Below are positions 41,701 to 53,237 of a stretch of DNA of 64,000 nucleotides, in pieces. Position 1 is the first letter of the stretch; each line of letters opens with the position of its first letter. This DNA is from Lingula anatina. Lineage: Eukaryota; Animalia; Brachiopoda. The stretch covers positions 6,510,001 through 6,574,000 of the forward strand of contig CM120641.1 in assembly GCA_051362555.1 (NCBI GenBank), read 5' to 3'. Below the pieces are notes generated by a model that saw only the letters and a program-made list of their open reading frames with translations, was not told the origin of the DNA and did no database searches. A program made the position numbers and the translations under genes.

Positions 41701-44700
41701 AAAATAGATTTTCTGTAAAATTCATAATTTTTTTCCTCATACAGAATATAACCAGCCCAGTGACACTGACTGATGTTGAGGCAGGGAAGACATATGAGGT
41801 GTATCTAGTAGCACTCAATGACCATGGTGCCAGCACTCCCACACCTGTTATTACTGCTACCACAGAATATAGAAGTAAGCCTTGGAAATATTTTTATCTC
41901 ACACCTGACTAGTAAGCAATTCATTAAAGACATGAGTGCCAAACAAAAAAATGTGTATATGTAGGTTTATTGATTTTTGGTTAGTAAAGACCTTGTTCTT
42001 TTTGCCCAATTTTCCTAATTACGGGAAATAGGTATGATTGAAAACCAGTTGTACATATTAGTGAAAATGAAGAATGTACCATGTTGACATAGCAAGCAAT
42101 CTTTGTTTCCAGTCGCAGCGTACATTGTGATGGCGGAGGTTGTAACTGGCCGTGTGCCAAGAGAGGGCGGTAGTGTGACATTACGCTGTGAGGCCAGAGG
42201 AACGCAGCCTATCCACATTTTCTGGACCCGCAATGGCAAAATACTCAGCAAAGACTCTATATACACCAATAATAACATAACCCGCCGCCAGCAAGGGGAA
42301 TACATGTGTCACGCCAACAATGGGATTGGTGAAGAAGCAACCGAGACAGTGGATGTGTGGGTGCTATGTAAGTAATGAAAATATTTAAATATAGAATTGA
42401 TTGAATTGCCAATGTTCTTGAATTTTTATTTAATCTTTTTAGTTGTTGGTATCTGGCATTTTACTTTTATCAATGCAATTTAAGCAATTTTTCATCTTTG
42501 TAACATAATTTCATGATAAATTGCTCTTTTTAAATATTTTAATCGTAGGATATTACAGCTATTTTGTCAAATTTTCTGGATGAAATATGATATTATTACT
42601 TCAATAATCTAAATCTCAAATTCATTTTTTTTTTCACCACAGATCAGCCCACCATAGAAAATGGCACCCCTGGAAGACTAGCTGTCATCCCCAGCTATTC
42701 TGTCAACGTCTACATCCACTGTTGGTTTGGTGGGAACATCACAGCAGGGTATTGGAAGCACAATTCTGTGCTCATCTCTAACAGACGGGTTTTGATGGGG
42801 ATGAACAGGAATGCCAGTCTAGGGCTGACAGAGGTGTATTTGTTATTCAGATACATTGTTGAGGATGACTTGGGAAGATATGAGTGTATTGGGGAGAACT
42901 CGTTAGGAAATATCAGTAGAACAATCACATTGTATGGTGAGTAGATAAAATGTAAGATATACACTTGTTGGTGGGTGGGTACAGCTTTTTATTTCTTTGA
43001 TGAGTGTTTTGGTCATATAACATTAAGCTACATGATTATAAGTTTTCACATTGATAACTTTGGACATTAGGGAGTACATGTGAGTGTACACATTGATAAA
43101 TGATGCTGCAGATGAAAATATCAAATTAATAATATTAGGTTATTTTTGTCAATATGCCATAACTCCTCATCCAATGGACTTGATTAAAAATAAAGTTGAA
43201 ATATTAGTATGTTTCTGGCTTATGTTTCGTGATTATACACTACCCAAGCTCATTCAAAAACTATTTCTCCACAGATCCCCAGGATGTTAGTACTACTACC
43301 TCCCCAACCTCGGGGATTCCACCAGCAACAAGACCCATGGCAACCGTGAAAGGTAATTATAAGTAACATTACATTTTATCATGGAGCAATAAAGTCAGCT
43401 TTGCTTGATAATTGATGTAGAGATAGTTTAAGGATGTCAAGAAATGTCTTTTGACCAATGTCCAGTGTAAATTTATCCCATAGTGCCCAATTTTTTTTTA
43501 CTTCATGATCAGCTGCACCTTTCATTTGAATCTATCCAGTTAAGATTTGATAGAAGTGTTATCATCATGATGCTGAACAATGTCTATCTCTACCACAATA
43601 ATGGTACAGCACTCTGTTATGTTGTATTTGTAGAATGTTGCCATAGCCTGGGGGTGTCAGAGAGGTGTCAGGTGGGGTGCTCCTTTGACATTGATTTGGA
43701 TGCCTTCCTAGTCAACAGTGCCAGGACGCGGTTCCAGTGCCTAAGTGAAGCCCCAAAACTCCTGGCTTGTGCAGCAGGTAGGGTTACAGTAATTGCTTAA
43801 TCTTTTCAATGGGAACATTATCAAATATGAAATTTGGAATCATGAAAATGTTTTAAATGTAGAAATTTTGGTGCTTTTACTTTATAGAATAGAAATACAA
43901 ATTTCAGTTTTGTTGCTACCATTCAATAGGAGTTCAAGAGTTAATGTCTTAAAAAATACGGTCTCAGGAAAATTCACAATTTTCCCTCCTTTGAAAAGAT
44001 TAAGTAATTTAAATATCTTTATTTATGAATGAAGTTATTCTTGAATCTGAAAGAAAGGAAATGATTTCACTAATGAAACAAGTTCTTTTTTACCATTACC
44101 TGGTAAGGCCTGCCACATACATGGGGTTTTACTACCTTGTTTTCCCCCTTTCTTTTGCTTTGTTTATATATTATGCTTATATTTAATGGTACCAATGTTG
44201 TAAAAAAAAACTCTGTTTTGAAATATTTTATTTTCTCAAATGTTTAATACGCTCAACCAAATTTAAACCACTACTACTTGTCATAATACATATGATGTGC
44301 ACTTTAATTTATGTATATATTATGATTGTAGATGGTCGTGATCATGAAAAGTGCTGTCGTGAGGCTGGCGTCCCAGAGACATGTCATAATGCCTGTAAGG
44401 GTATAGCATCCACAAATTTCTCCAGTGACCCTTGTGTGCCATACATAGGCACAATTGTTAACTGTCTGGAATCAGGGAGAGGTGGGTTTATTTTGAACCT
44501 TATATGTACAGTACACGTTCATGAACTATATGCAAATTTGCATTTTTGTATTTCTTTTATGGTTGTAATTATGTCAAAATTTCCCTATTTGTTTTAATGT
44601 ATTACACCAAATTGGATGATGAAGTTAAATGCAGTTGTGTTAATGAACCATTTGTACAGAAACTGATGGTAGAAATGAGATTACTGATTGCAGAAAAGAG

Positions 44701-47700
44701 ATGTTCAGCTCTCTCACTGAGTGCTGCCTTGAGCCTACGAATCTATAAACAATGGCTTAATGAGCTAGTGTTATTTTGTCAGCTCTGTGGACACTTTTGT
44801 GCCACTACTTGAGGAGCATAGAACCATAACAACATCCCTCTACCCAACATTGTTTTGACCTGTCCTATTTAATTCAAATAATAATAATAGATATCATTAA
44901 GAATACTTGATATAACTGATTTTTTTTCTCCTTAGATCTAATTCCATCAGCACCACTAGATGTCCGTTACCTGAACATCATGAACCATGTGTCTGTCATG
45001 TGGGACGCACCAAACAAAAACTATTTTAAGATTCAAAAGTACATAGTGTTCTACAGGCCCAAGACAAAGGACAATTCTGCATTTAAGACTCTGGATGTGG
45101 TAGGTGTAGCTCTCAGCCATAAGTTTTATGTTTACGTATTGTGTTATTATCGACTGAATAGTAAAATAGAGAGAAAGCTGCTATGAATCTAGTCAGTTTT
45201 TAATTCTGTTACAATTAATAAAAAATTATGTGATGAAAAATGGCAGATTTATTTCCCTTGAATTATTTTCTTATATTAATCTACTACCATCTCCATCTAC
45301 TACCATACCATCTCCAAACAGAGAAAAGTGATTATGTGATTTTTAATGCAATTTGTTGTCTTCTCATGTGCATTTAGTTTTACATTGCAATTGTGAAAAT
45401 CAGCTGTTTCTCTAAATCAAACTGTAAGTGAAATGTTTTGTCTTTAAGGCTGTTGGACTACTGTCAGTCGACATCCCCTTTGCCAATCTCACAGAAAATA
45501 GTACCTATGAGATATATGTAGTGGCATGGAATCATCATGGCCAGAGTCAGCCATCAAACAGAATCACAGTGGACATACCAAGCACCAGTACACATTCACG
45601 AGGTAGCTAGACATATTGTATTTGGTTATTTCTTTAATATAAAGAGCGTCATGTAAGCTGTTTCATAAAAATATTGAAATATTGTGTTGTGTAAATTTGG
45701 ATTAAGTTGAACAGTAACTTGGTAACTGTAATTGATTGATATATATGTTTGAAATGTTTAGTTCCAAAATGTATTACAAAGTCAGTTTCATAATTTACGC
45801 TTGAAATCCAAATACGATATTTAAAGAAAGTTGATTGCCACATGTAAATCAATAAATTATATATATAGTATATATTTTGCATATAGCATGTGAACATTTC
45901 TATGGCTTTTCCAGTCCCATTTCCACCTCGCAATCTGCGCACAAATTTTGTGGGGTTCACAGAGGTGCACCTGCTGTGGGATTTACCCTTGGCCAATACA
46001 AAGGGACCGCTCCTGTATCATGTGAAATACTATGAAGTTGGGAACACACGGCACTATCATGTATGTATATCATTTTACTCTGTTTTTTCCTAAAAGTGTA
46101 AATAAAATTGGTGTTCAAGTGTAGCAAAGCTGTAGAAATTACAAAACTGGTTTTTGAATCCAATTTTAAGCTTAATGATGTGATTTAGCATGGAGGCAAC
46201 TAGCATAGTGTTCGCATTTTACCTAAAGAATTTTAAATTGCACTTTTGTATTTAGGTTAATCTCAAGGAGTATGTTATGGAGAATAAAACACAAGATTTG
46301 CTGTGTGATTATAAATTCACAGAGCACTATTAATATATTTCTTTAATAAATGAAGATATATGTATTAAAAAGCAAGAGAGGGTTAAAGCATCCTTTCTTT
46401 TTCTTCAGAATGCCACCAAACTTACTTACCTAAAGCTGAAAAACTTGAAGTCTGGAACGACTTACGAGTTTAGGGTGGCTGCAGAGAATACATATGGCTC
46501 CAGTTCAGAGTCAAATTTATTGACTGTTCAAACAAAAGGTAAGGGATGCTAGTTTATAACATAATTTAATATTAATTTATTCTCATTCATTTCGTGGTAA
46601 AAGAAGCCAGGTGGATTTTTAAAGACTTATTTTCTGATTACTTTATGGTCTATCCAAACAAAAAGTAATTCAGCATTGACTAAAAATCACTTTTAGAAAA
46701 AATGATAATAAAGGATTTTTTTTTTAATTTGTGATAGCTAATGAGCAATTTGTGTGTAATAAATACCACTTTGTTGACTTGCAGGTCAAGCAGGAGGAGT
46801 GTCCAGTGGTCAGTCTGGTGTGAATGGTGTGGGCATAGCACTCGGAGTTTTAGTCCCACTACTCTTACTTGCCATTGCTGCTGTTGGCATTATGTATTTC
46901 TTTTATAGGTAATACAGACAATGAAAAGTTTTATAGAGTATTATACATTTTTTATTCTCTATAACTTCTTACAGTCACCAAAATTAAAATGATATACATC
47001 AAAATTTGGAAAGAACTGACACTTTGTGAACCTAGGAATTTTATTATTATTATTAGTATTATTATTATTGATATTAAAGATGTTTTTTCCTTCTCAGATT
47101 ATAATATTTGTATGTGAAATACCTCAAGATTCTTAATTTCAAATATTGTACTGATTTTAGGAGACAAAGAAATAACTCCAGGTTTAAGGAGAGTGTTTCA
47201 TTTGAAAATCCTGGATATGCCAGTCATACCAATACAGAAAATATACAGGTAATTTTACTTCATGTACATGCTTTATGTTTGTAAAAGTTATACAATTGCT
47301 TTACAGTGAACTGTTTTAACTTTACTGCTCTATGATTTGATAATTTTTTTCTGTACTTTTATGTTAAAAACAGTTCTACATTCTTTGTGATCACACAAGG
47401 TAACACCCAGAAAAAAAAAAACAAGTATTCATAGTCTAGGCTACAATTTTGCATATAGAATCTGTGCATATTTAGTAGGATTGTGGATATTTATTTGCAT
47501 AAAGTTTCAATCCAATCCAAGAGCTACATTTTGTGTCCTTATAAAATCTGCTTATTTTGAGAAAACTCATTTTCAAAGGAACCGCCTTTACCTCTAACAG
47601 TTACAACCTGCAAACGCAAGCAATCCTGTAAACAATTTAAACCTCTGGTTTTTAGATATCTGGATTGCCAGGGGAACCAACTTTCATGGAGATTGCCAAT

Positions 47701-48252
47701 AGCAACCAGCAGCCTGTCTCACCTGTAGATGGCAGCACTGAAGTGGTGTCGGGAGGAGCACGGAGGGGCAATGGAATAGCACACCAACCCAATGGTGAAC
47801 CAGCATATATGCAGCTGCAGAACAGACAAGTGAAACCACAGGACGAGGTACATTATGCAGTACTTCAGAGAAACAGTGCGCAAGCTGAGAGAAACTCTGT
47901 ACAGGAGGGTGAATATCTCCAAGATGACATTGCCTGTAATAATGGTGGAAGCAGGGATAAAAAGAAGACAGATACTAGTAGATCTAAAAGAAAGGCAGCA
48001 GAGGAAGAGGAGGATGGTGGTGGGGGGTTTAAATATGTTTCCTTATCCTCCCTGACTAATGGAAATGTAGTGAAAGACAAGAAGTCCCATCATCAGAATA
48101 GTACCAACATTCCTGATCCCAGCAGTAATGGGCACTGTGTCAGTCACAGTGAAAACAATGCTGCAACTTTGGACATTACAGACATGCAGCCTGTGGAAGC
48201 CAACAGGATACACTTGCATTATACAGATCCCTTAGAAAGTGCTGCCGTATAG
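22267..48252 (+). CDS. Ig-like, DB-module and fibronectin type III domain-containing type I membrane protein (IGDB family), ~1,762 aa
   Basis: Phase-consistent exons summing to 5289 nt: 22267-22278 (tentative), 25118-25199 (signal peptide MALVAVMTALMAVQCAG), 27891-28000, 28452-28548, 31467-31592 (Ig, DAGLYEC), 32604-32777, 34376-34531, 34773-34930, 35322-35478, 35809-35844, 36177-36302, 36635-36787, 37081-37229, 37577-37721, 37962-38015, 38234-38380, 38739-38900, 39200-39363, 39619-39754, 40048-40098, 40373-40495, 40843-41001, 41378-41535, 41745-41874, 42113-42367 (Ig), 42643-42936 (Ig), 43275-43352, 43634-43777, 44332-44481, 44936-45099, 45449-45602, 45915-46060, 46409-46538, 46785-46908 (TM), 47161-47248 (VSFENPGY), 47656-48252 (TAG). 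DB modules show CC..C...C..C..CxxGR[ND]HxxCC. FN3 domains show W..P and YE..V.A.N..G.S.PS. Confidence 0.85.
22435..22503. repeat. (CA)n microsatellite
   Basis: Directly visible, with one interruption. Confidence 0.95.
35139..35226. repeat. 46-bp tandem duplication (intronic)
   Basis: ttaattataatgtcaaaaacagt(a/g)atgcaatttattttattt occurs twice. Confidence 0.88.
38651..38713. repeat. (TTTA)n microsatellite just upstream of the acceptor at 38738
   Basis: Directly visible. Confidence 0.95.
46785..46908 (+). other. Transmembrane exon of the Ig/DB/FN3 protein
   Basis: Translates as GVGIALGVLVPLLLLAIAAVGIMYFFY, followed by RRQR across the splice junction. Confidence 0.88.
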
Positions 48253-50419
48253 GAGTACAAGGGTTTCTTTCTGAATGCAAATTCCCCCTCAGGTCTTTTA
48301 TATCTCTGATTGAGCTATACCTTTTTATTTAGGAATCTATTGTTGTTAGGAATATCTATTTTTGTAAAGAAAAGTGCATATCTATGTTACCACAGCAACT
48401 CACTCAAGCCCTTTATCATATTGTGATATTGCTCCCAATATTAATTCTGGCACCTTGGCCCAAGTTGCAATTTTTTATAGTATAGAAAAAAAAGTACAAA
48501 CAAAAGTGGACTTTAAGATAATTTTTAAACAAGCAGTGCTGTTCATGACTTACGTGGTACTTACAAGTGAATGATTGGCAACTGTGAATGAGATTTCTTA
48601 TTGGAAGAAGCATCTTTTTCCAAGTCATAATAATATATGTTCATGTCAGGGGAGCTGGCTTTTCCTTGCCATTACCATTACTGTTGTGTGTATGTTATTG
48701 TTGTTGTGATAGTTTTCTCCTGTAGACCCCGGTAGATTAAAAGATATTGGTGTGATATTTTTAGAATGTGTTTGGATAAATGTAAAGAAATGCCCAAGGC
48801 TCTTTGATTAAGGGAAATTTTTCTTTCTTGCCATAATCTGATGTTTCAGGAGTCATAATCTCTAAAAACATGTCACATTTAGGATGTCTTTATTGTACAC
48901 AAAAGAATGTTACACTGTACTGAAACGTGTCAGAATCTCGTATGTTTTCAAATTTACAAATTGATGATTTTTTTGTCAGGTTTAAATTTTTTGAGCAGAC
49001 TTAAGTGTCATGGTCACAGTATATTTTTAAACATGGGAATGTTCAGTTGTTATACAAAGTTACATATATATATTTAATCCTGCCAAAAAGAAGTTTAGCA
49101 CCTGCATGACTGTAATGAAATACCTTCTGGCACACTGCTTTCAGTAGTGATGATTGTTTTAAGACTTAAGAACTATTAATGTTTACTTTATCAGTGAATT
49201 ATGACATCTCTGTTGATTATCTGTACATTCATTGGAACTTCCCTCACCCCCACGTCTTAATATATTCACTTACACAGGGCATATATAAATATATATGGTG
49301 GTGCAATAGGGTTTCCCTATTGAGAGCTTTTATCTTTTCTATTTGCATTGTATAAAGGTCATCTATCATTGTGTATTTTACTATGTATTTGTCACAAAAT
49401 GTATAGATATAAGGCATCATTCAAGGTGTTTATTCATCATTTTTCTTTTATTTGACCCCCTTTTAATGTATCATAGATGGGTTTTATTGTACTGGAACCT
49501 TCTTTAAGCAATGTCCTTATTTATCCTTTAAGGTATTGGTGCCCCTTATATCTTATTTATTTTGCCCATTTTAGTTGTGTACTAGCCATGGAAATGGTTG
49601 ACCTGTATTTTTTTTGCAGTAGCATTTTCAAGGTGTTAGTCCTTGGACATTTTCTCATTTGGGTCACAAATACTGAATTTTAATTTATTTTTCATCTTTG
49701 TCTGAAACACTTTGTTACCATTCTTGATCATTCTATTTACTGCTGGTGTCTTATAGTAAAACAGCACATAATCATTTGTTTATTCAGAACTATAAATTGC
49801 CTTGTATCTATGATATCTGGCAAGAAACTGTTTTTATCATTTTGCCTAATGTGGGAATTTCCTCAACTTTCTGTGTAAAATCATGGTTTGATAGGTGTTT
49901 TTATATGTTGACAAATGTAGCTCATTTGCTTTCTTATAGGACATCCAAGATAAACAGATTTTCTCCCTTGCACTGTTGATGTGCACAATTTTATCCCCAC
50001 CTTCTGCTGCATGACTTTGTGTTGTTTATCTTTTTACCTTTTATATATTTTCTCTAAATATATCACCAGCGAAGACTTGCATGTATATTTAAAGGACTGC
50101 TACCTCATTGTGTATAGCAACTCTCTGTCCTTGGTCATGCAGTTCATCTTAGGACCCAGGTTTATAATACTGGAGTCAATACCATCATATTATCAGATCA
50201 ATAATCACAGAGATGAACATTTTGAGTTGTAGTTAAGGGGATTACACTTTTGAACCAGTGTATTGTGGTGACACACCTATAAATTCACTTACTAGCACAT
50301 TTCACACAAAGGTTTTATGGTACTCTTGCACTTCACTATGTACACGGTTGTGAAAAAAAAACTTACTGTTACATTCCACTTTAAGAAGAAATGATATTTA
50401 TAATATTTAGAGTTTGTGG

Positions 50420-50480
50420 AATAAACTTATTAATATTATGACTTGTTTTGTCTTTGTTTTTATTTTTGTTTATTTGTCAT
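50420..50480 (+). terminator. Probable polyadenylation signal of the Ig/DB/FN3 gene
   Basis: AATAAA at 50420-50425 followed by a strong GT/T-rich downstream element (ttgttttgtctttgttttta). Confidence 0.55.
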
Positions 50481-50917
50481 GTTACTATTTTCATTTATGT
50501 TTATAATAATATTATTTATTTTGTTTATTTAATTTCTTATTTTATTCATTTTTTAAGGATGACTTGATAATTTGCCCCTTTAATCAAAACCCTTCTGTCA
50601 TATTTTGGGAAATGGAGAGCTTGTCATAAAGCCCGTTTGTGGTCCTAAATACCTGTGTGAGTCTGAATACTGCTAGCAGGACTTTGAAACTGTTATACAT
50701 GGGAAGAACATGTTATGAATACATGAATATATCCTGTGGCTACAAGGGTTAAGGGTTAAATCACAGAGTAATAAAGCACAGATTTTAGAATAATTGTGAT
50801 AACTGCCGTTTTTGGTGGTAAAATGGAATTAATTATATTCTTTTTTTGTTGTTTACAATGTATTTATTGTGGAATTTTGAATCTCATATGAAAAGTCTTC
50901 TGTACCAGGCGCCTTCT

Positions 50918-51936
50918 CCACAGCCTGCATTGTGGTAGTTGCGACGGTTGTGCTCTACGTGACTGGGTGGGAGATCTTATCAGTTTTTAATTTAATTATT
51001 TAACTGCTTTTAATACATTTTGATTTGATATTGACGCCTTAAAATATCAAGGCTTAGCAAATTTTAGACAATAAACTACACTTTTTAGCCTTGCAGGTAT
51101 GTTTGTCATAAAAACTAGCAAAATCACAAATATGAGCTGAAATGGCTTTTATCTGTATGATTGTGTTTGCCGACTTTTTGACTTTGCTATATTTTGTCGA
51201 AATTTTCATAAACTATTTACCCGTTCAAGCAAGAACCTGTTTTAATTAATACATCAATCATCAGAGCTCATTCAATATCAACACCGACGTATCTATCTTG
51301 TCATATGTTTTTCAAGTTAGCGAAAAACTGCACAGAAACCAAATTTCAATTTATAAAAAACCAAACCAAATCATAAATACCAACAAAAGCAAACAATAAA
51401 GAGTACAAAACATACAATATGCTATAAAATAACCCTAGCAAAAAAGGCGTCACATGCGATACTTTAAATAGTAAGCTATTCGGTATTTATAATACTATTT
51501 ATAAATTAAAATTTGGTTTCTGAGCTTGGTTCTTGCTATTTAAAGAATGTAAGATAACATATGCCTATCGATGTTTGTTATTTATTAACTCTGACAACTT
51601 TTGTTCTAATAAAAACATTCAAACGCCTTACCCAATGCATAGTTTATGAAAATTTCAACAAAATATAGTCAAACCTGAAAGCCGGCAAACACAATCATAA
51701 AAATAAGAGCCAATTCAGCTCATATCTGCGATTTTGCTAGTTTGCGTGATAAACACATCTGTAAGGCTATAAAATGTGATTCATTAGAGAGATGATGTAT
51801 ATATTTGTCACTTCAAGGTGTCAATTTCAAGTAAAAAGATATTTAAAGGAATTTAAAAATTGATTTAAAAACGATAAGATCTCCCACGAGGTTAAGTGGG
51901 GCGCAACCGTCGCAACTAGCACAATGCAGGCTGCGG
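50918..51936. mobile_element. ~1 kb diverged palindromic (foldback/MITE-like) element
   Basis: Arms of ~440 bp align as reverse complements. Examples: cagcctgcattgtggtagttgcgacggttg (50921) vs caaccgtcgcaactagcacaatgcaggctg (ending 51933); ctagcaaaatcacaaatatgagctga vs tcagctcatatctgcgattttgctag; cagaaaccaaatttcaatttataaa vs tttataaattaaaatttggtttctg. Spacer ~51361-51497. No clear TSD. Confidence 0.75.
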
Positions 51937-52321
51937 TGTTCCAGTCAACCACTGGTCTTGATCACGAAGACTTCTGGCAAGCAAGACGTCTCTACGGCAT
52001 TTACAAAATGGCTTTGGCATATGGAAAGCGACGTGATTTAGTCATTTAAAGCGCCACAGTGCTCTAGGAAAACAACCAAAAGATGTCGATGTAATTTGTA
52101 ATGACGCCGTTGAAGCGTTCGCGTAAAGAGCAATCAAGCCCAACCAACTAAGACGTTCATCAGATGTTAGACAAAATACATAAAGACGTATGGAAGAAAT
52201 TGCCATTTCATCTTATGATAGGTAACGTATATATCGATGGATATCAAACTCGGTATATATATATGACAATGTAATGTTGACGTGTAATTATTTGTGCATT
52301 GTGGAAATATACGTACTCGCA

Positions 52322-52522
52322 TGTATGACGTCGCACGCACTCACATAGTTGAGCCGACGGACAAAAAACAACAATCTACACGCAGTTTGGTAACGTATAT
52401 ATAGATACATACGTTACCGATACATACGTTACCAATTGGCACGTAGATTGTCTATTTGTTGTTGTTTTTAAGTCATTAATTGTCCGTCGACGCAACTATG
52501 TGAGTGCGTGAGACGTCATACA
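52322..52522. mobile_element. 201-bp palindromic MITE-like hairpin element
   Basis: 43-bp terminal inverted repeats with 40/43 identity (52322-52364 vs 52480-52522), plus inner inverted segments caatctac/gtagattg and ggtaacgtat/atacgttacc. Confidence 0.75.
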
Positions 52523-52659
52523 GGTTAGTTTCTTTACATGAAAAGAATTCAACTAAATGGCAAAATTAATTGCATTACGAAAAGAATCCTTCTGCACAGT
52601 ATGATCTACCCTATAGTATTTATATATATTCAAGCAGTGTCATCTACTTCTTTGTGAGA

Positions 52660-52699
52660 AATTAATTAAGACAGTGAACATTTTTGATGACATTTTATT
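52660..52699 (-). terminator. Probable TALPID3 polyadenylation signal
   Basis: Plus-strand tttatt at 52694-52699 reads AATAAA on the minus strand, about 540 bp past the stop codon. Confidence 0.4.
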
Positions 52700-53237
52700 G
52701 AATATATTAGCAATCGATACTTTTTAAAAATAAATAAAGATTTATAGCAATATTACAAGGCCTTTGGGAAACGTTTCAAATAACAGTAATATTCCCTTCA
52801 CTTTACTGTTTATACTTTCTAACACCTATATATTTACAACTCAAATAATTAGAAGTTGGCAACATGAATACTAGAAAAGCATCAAATTTCAGCCATATCT
52901 CTGGAATTCATTACCATAAACTATATTTTCTTCTACCGCAAAGATGTTTAAACGTACTTTACTTTAGTTTGCAATTCTCCAGGCCTCTAACAGTTCTACT
53001 TACAGCTTCATTATTCACACACAAAAAAAAAGCTGTGTAACACCAAGCCTTAAAGCAACAGTAACACAATGTACAATATGCAATTAAGAATAATTTTGCT
53101 AAATTAACTATATAAGCTTTACATTATGATTTTTTTTACAAAGTACAAAATATAAATGTTGTTTAACATATTTTCGTACTGAGGAGATCCTAAACAATTT
53201 CATATGTATTATGACAAAATAATACATTATCAGACAG

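Noticed and set aside
48600-50400. Short ORFs 49477-49683, 49746-49979 and 49981-50232
   Set aside because: AT-rich low-complexity translations within the probable 3' UTR, with no recognisable domain.
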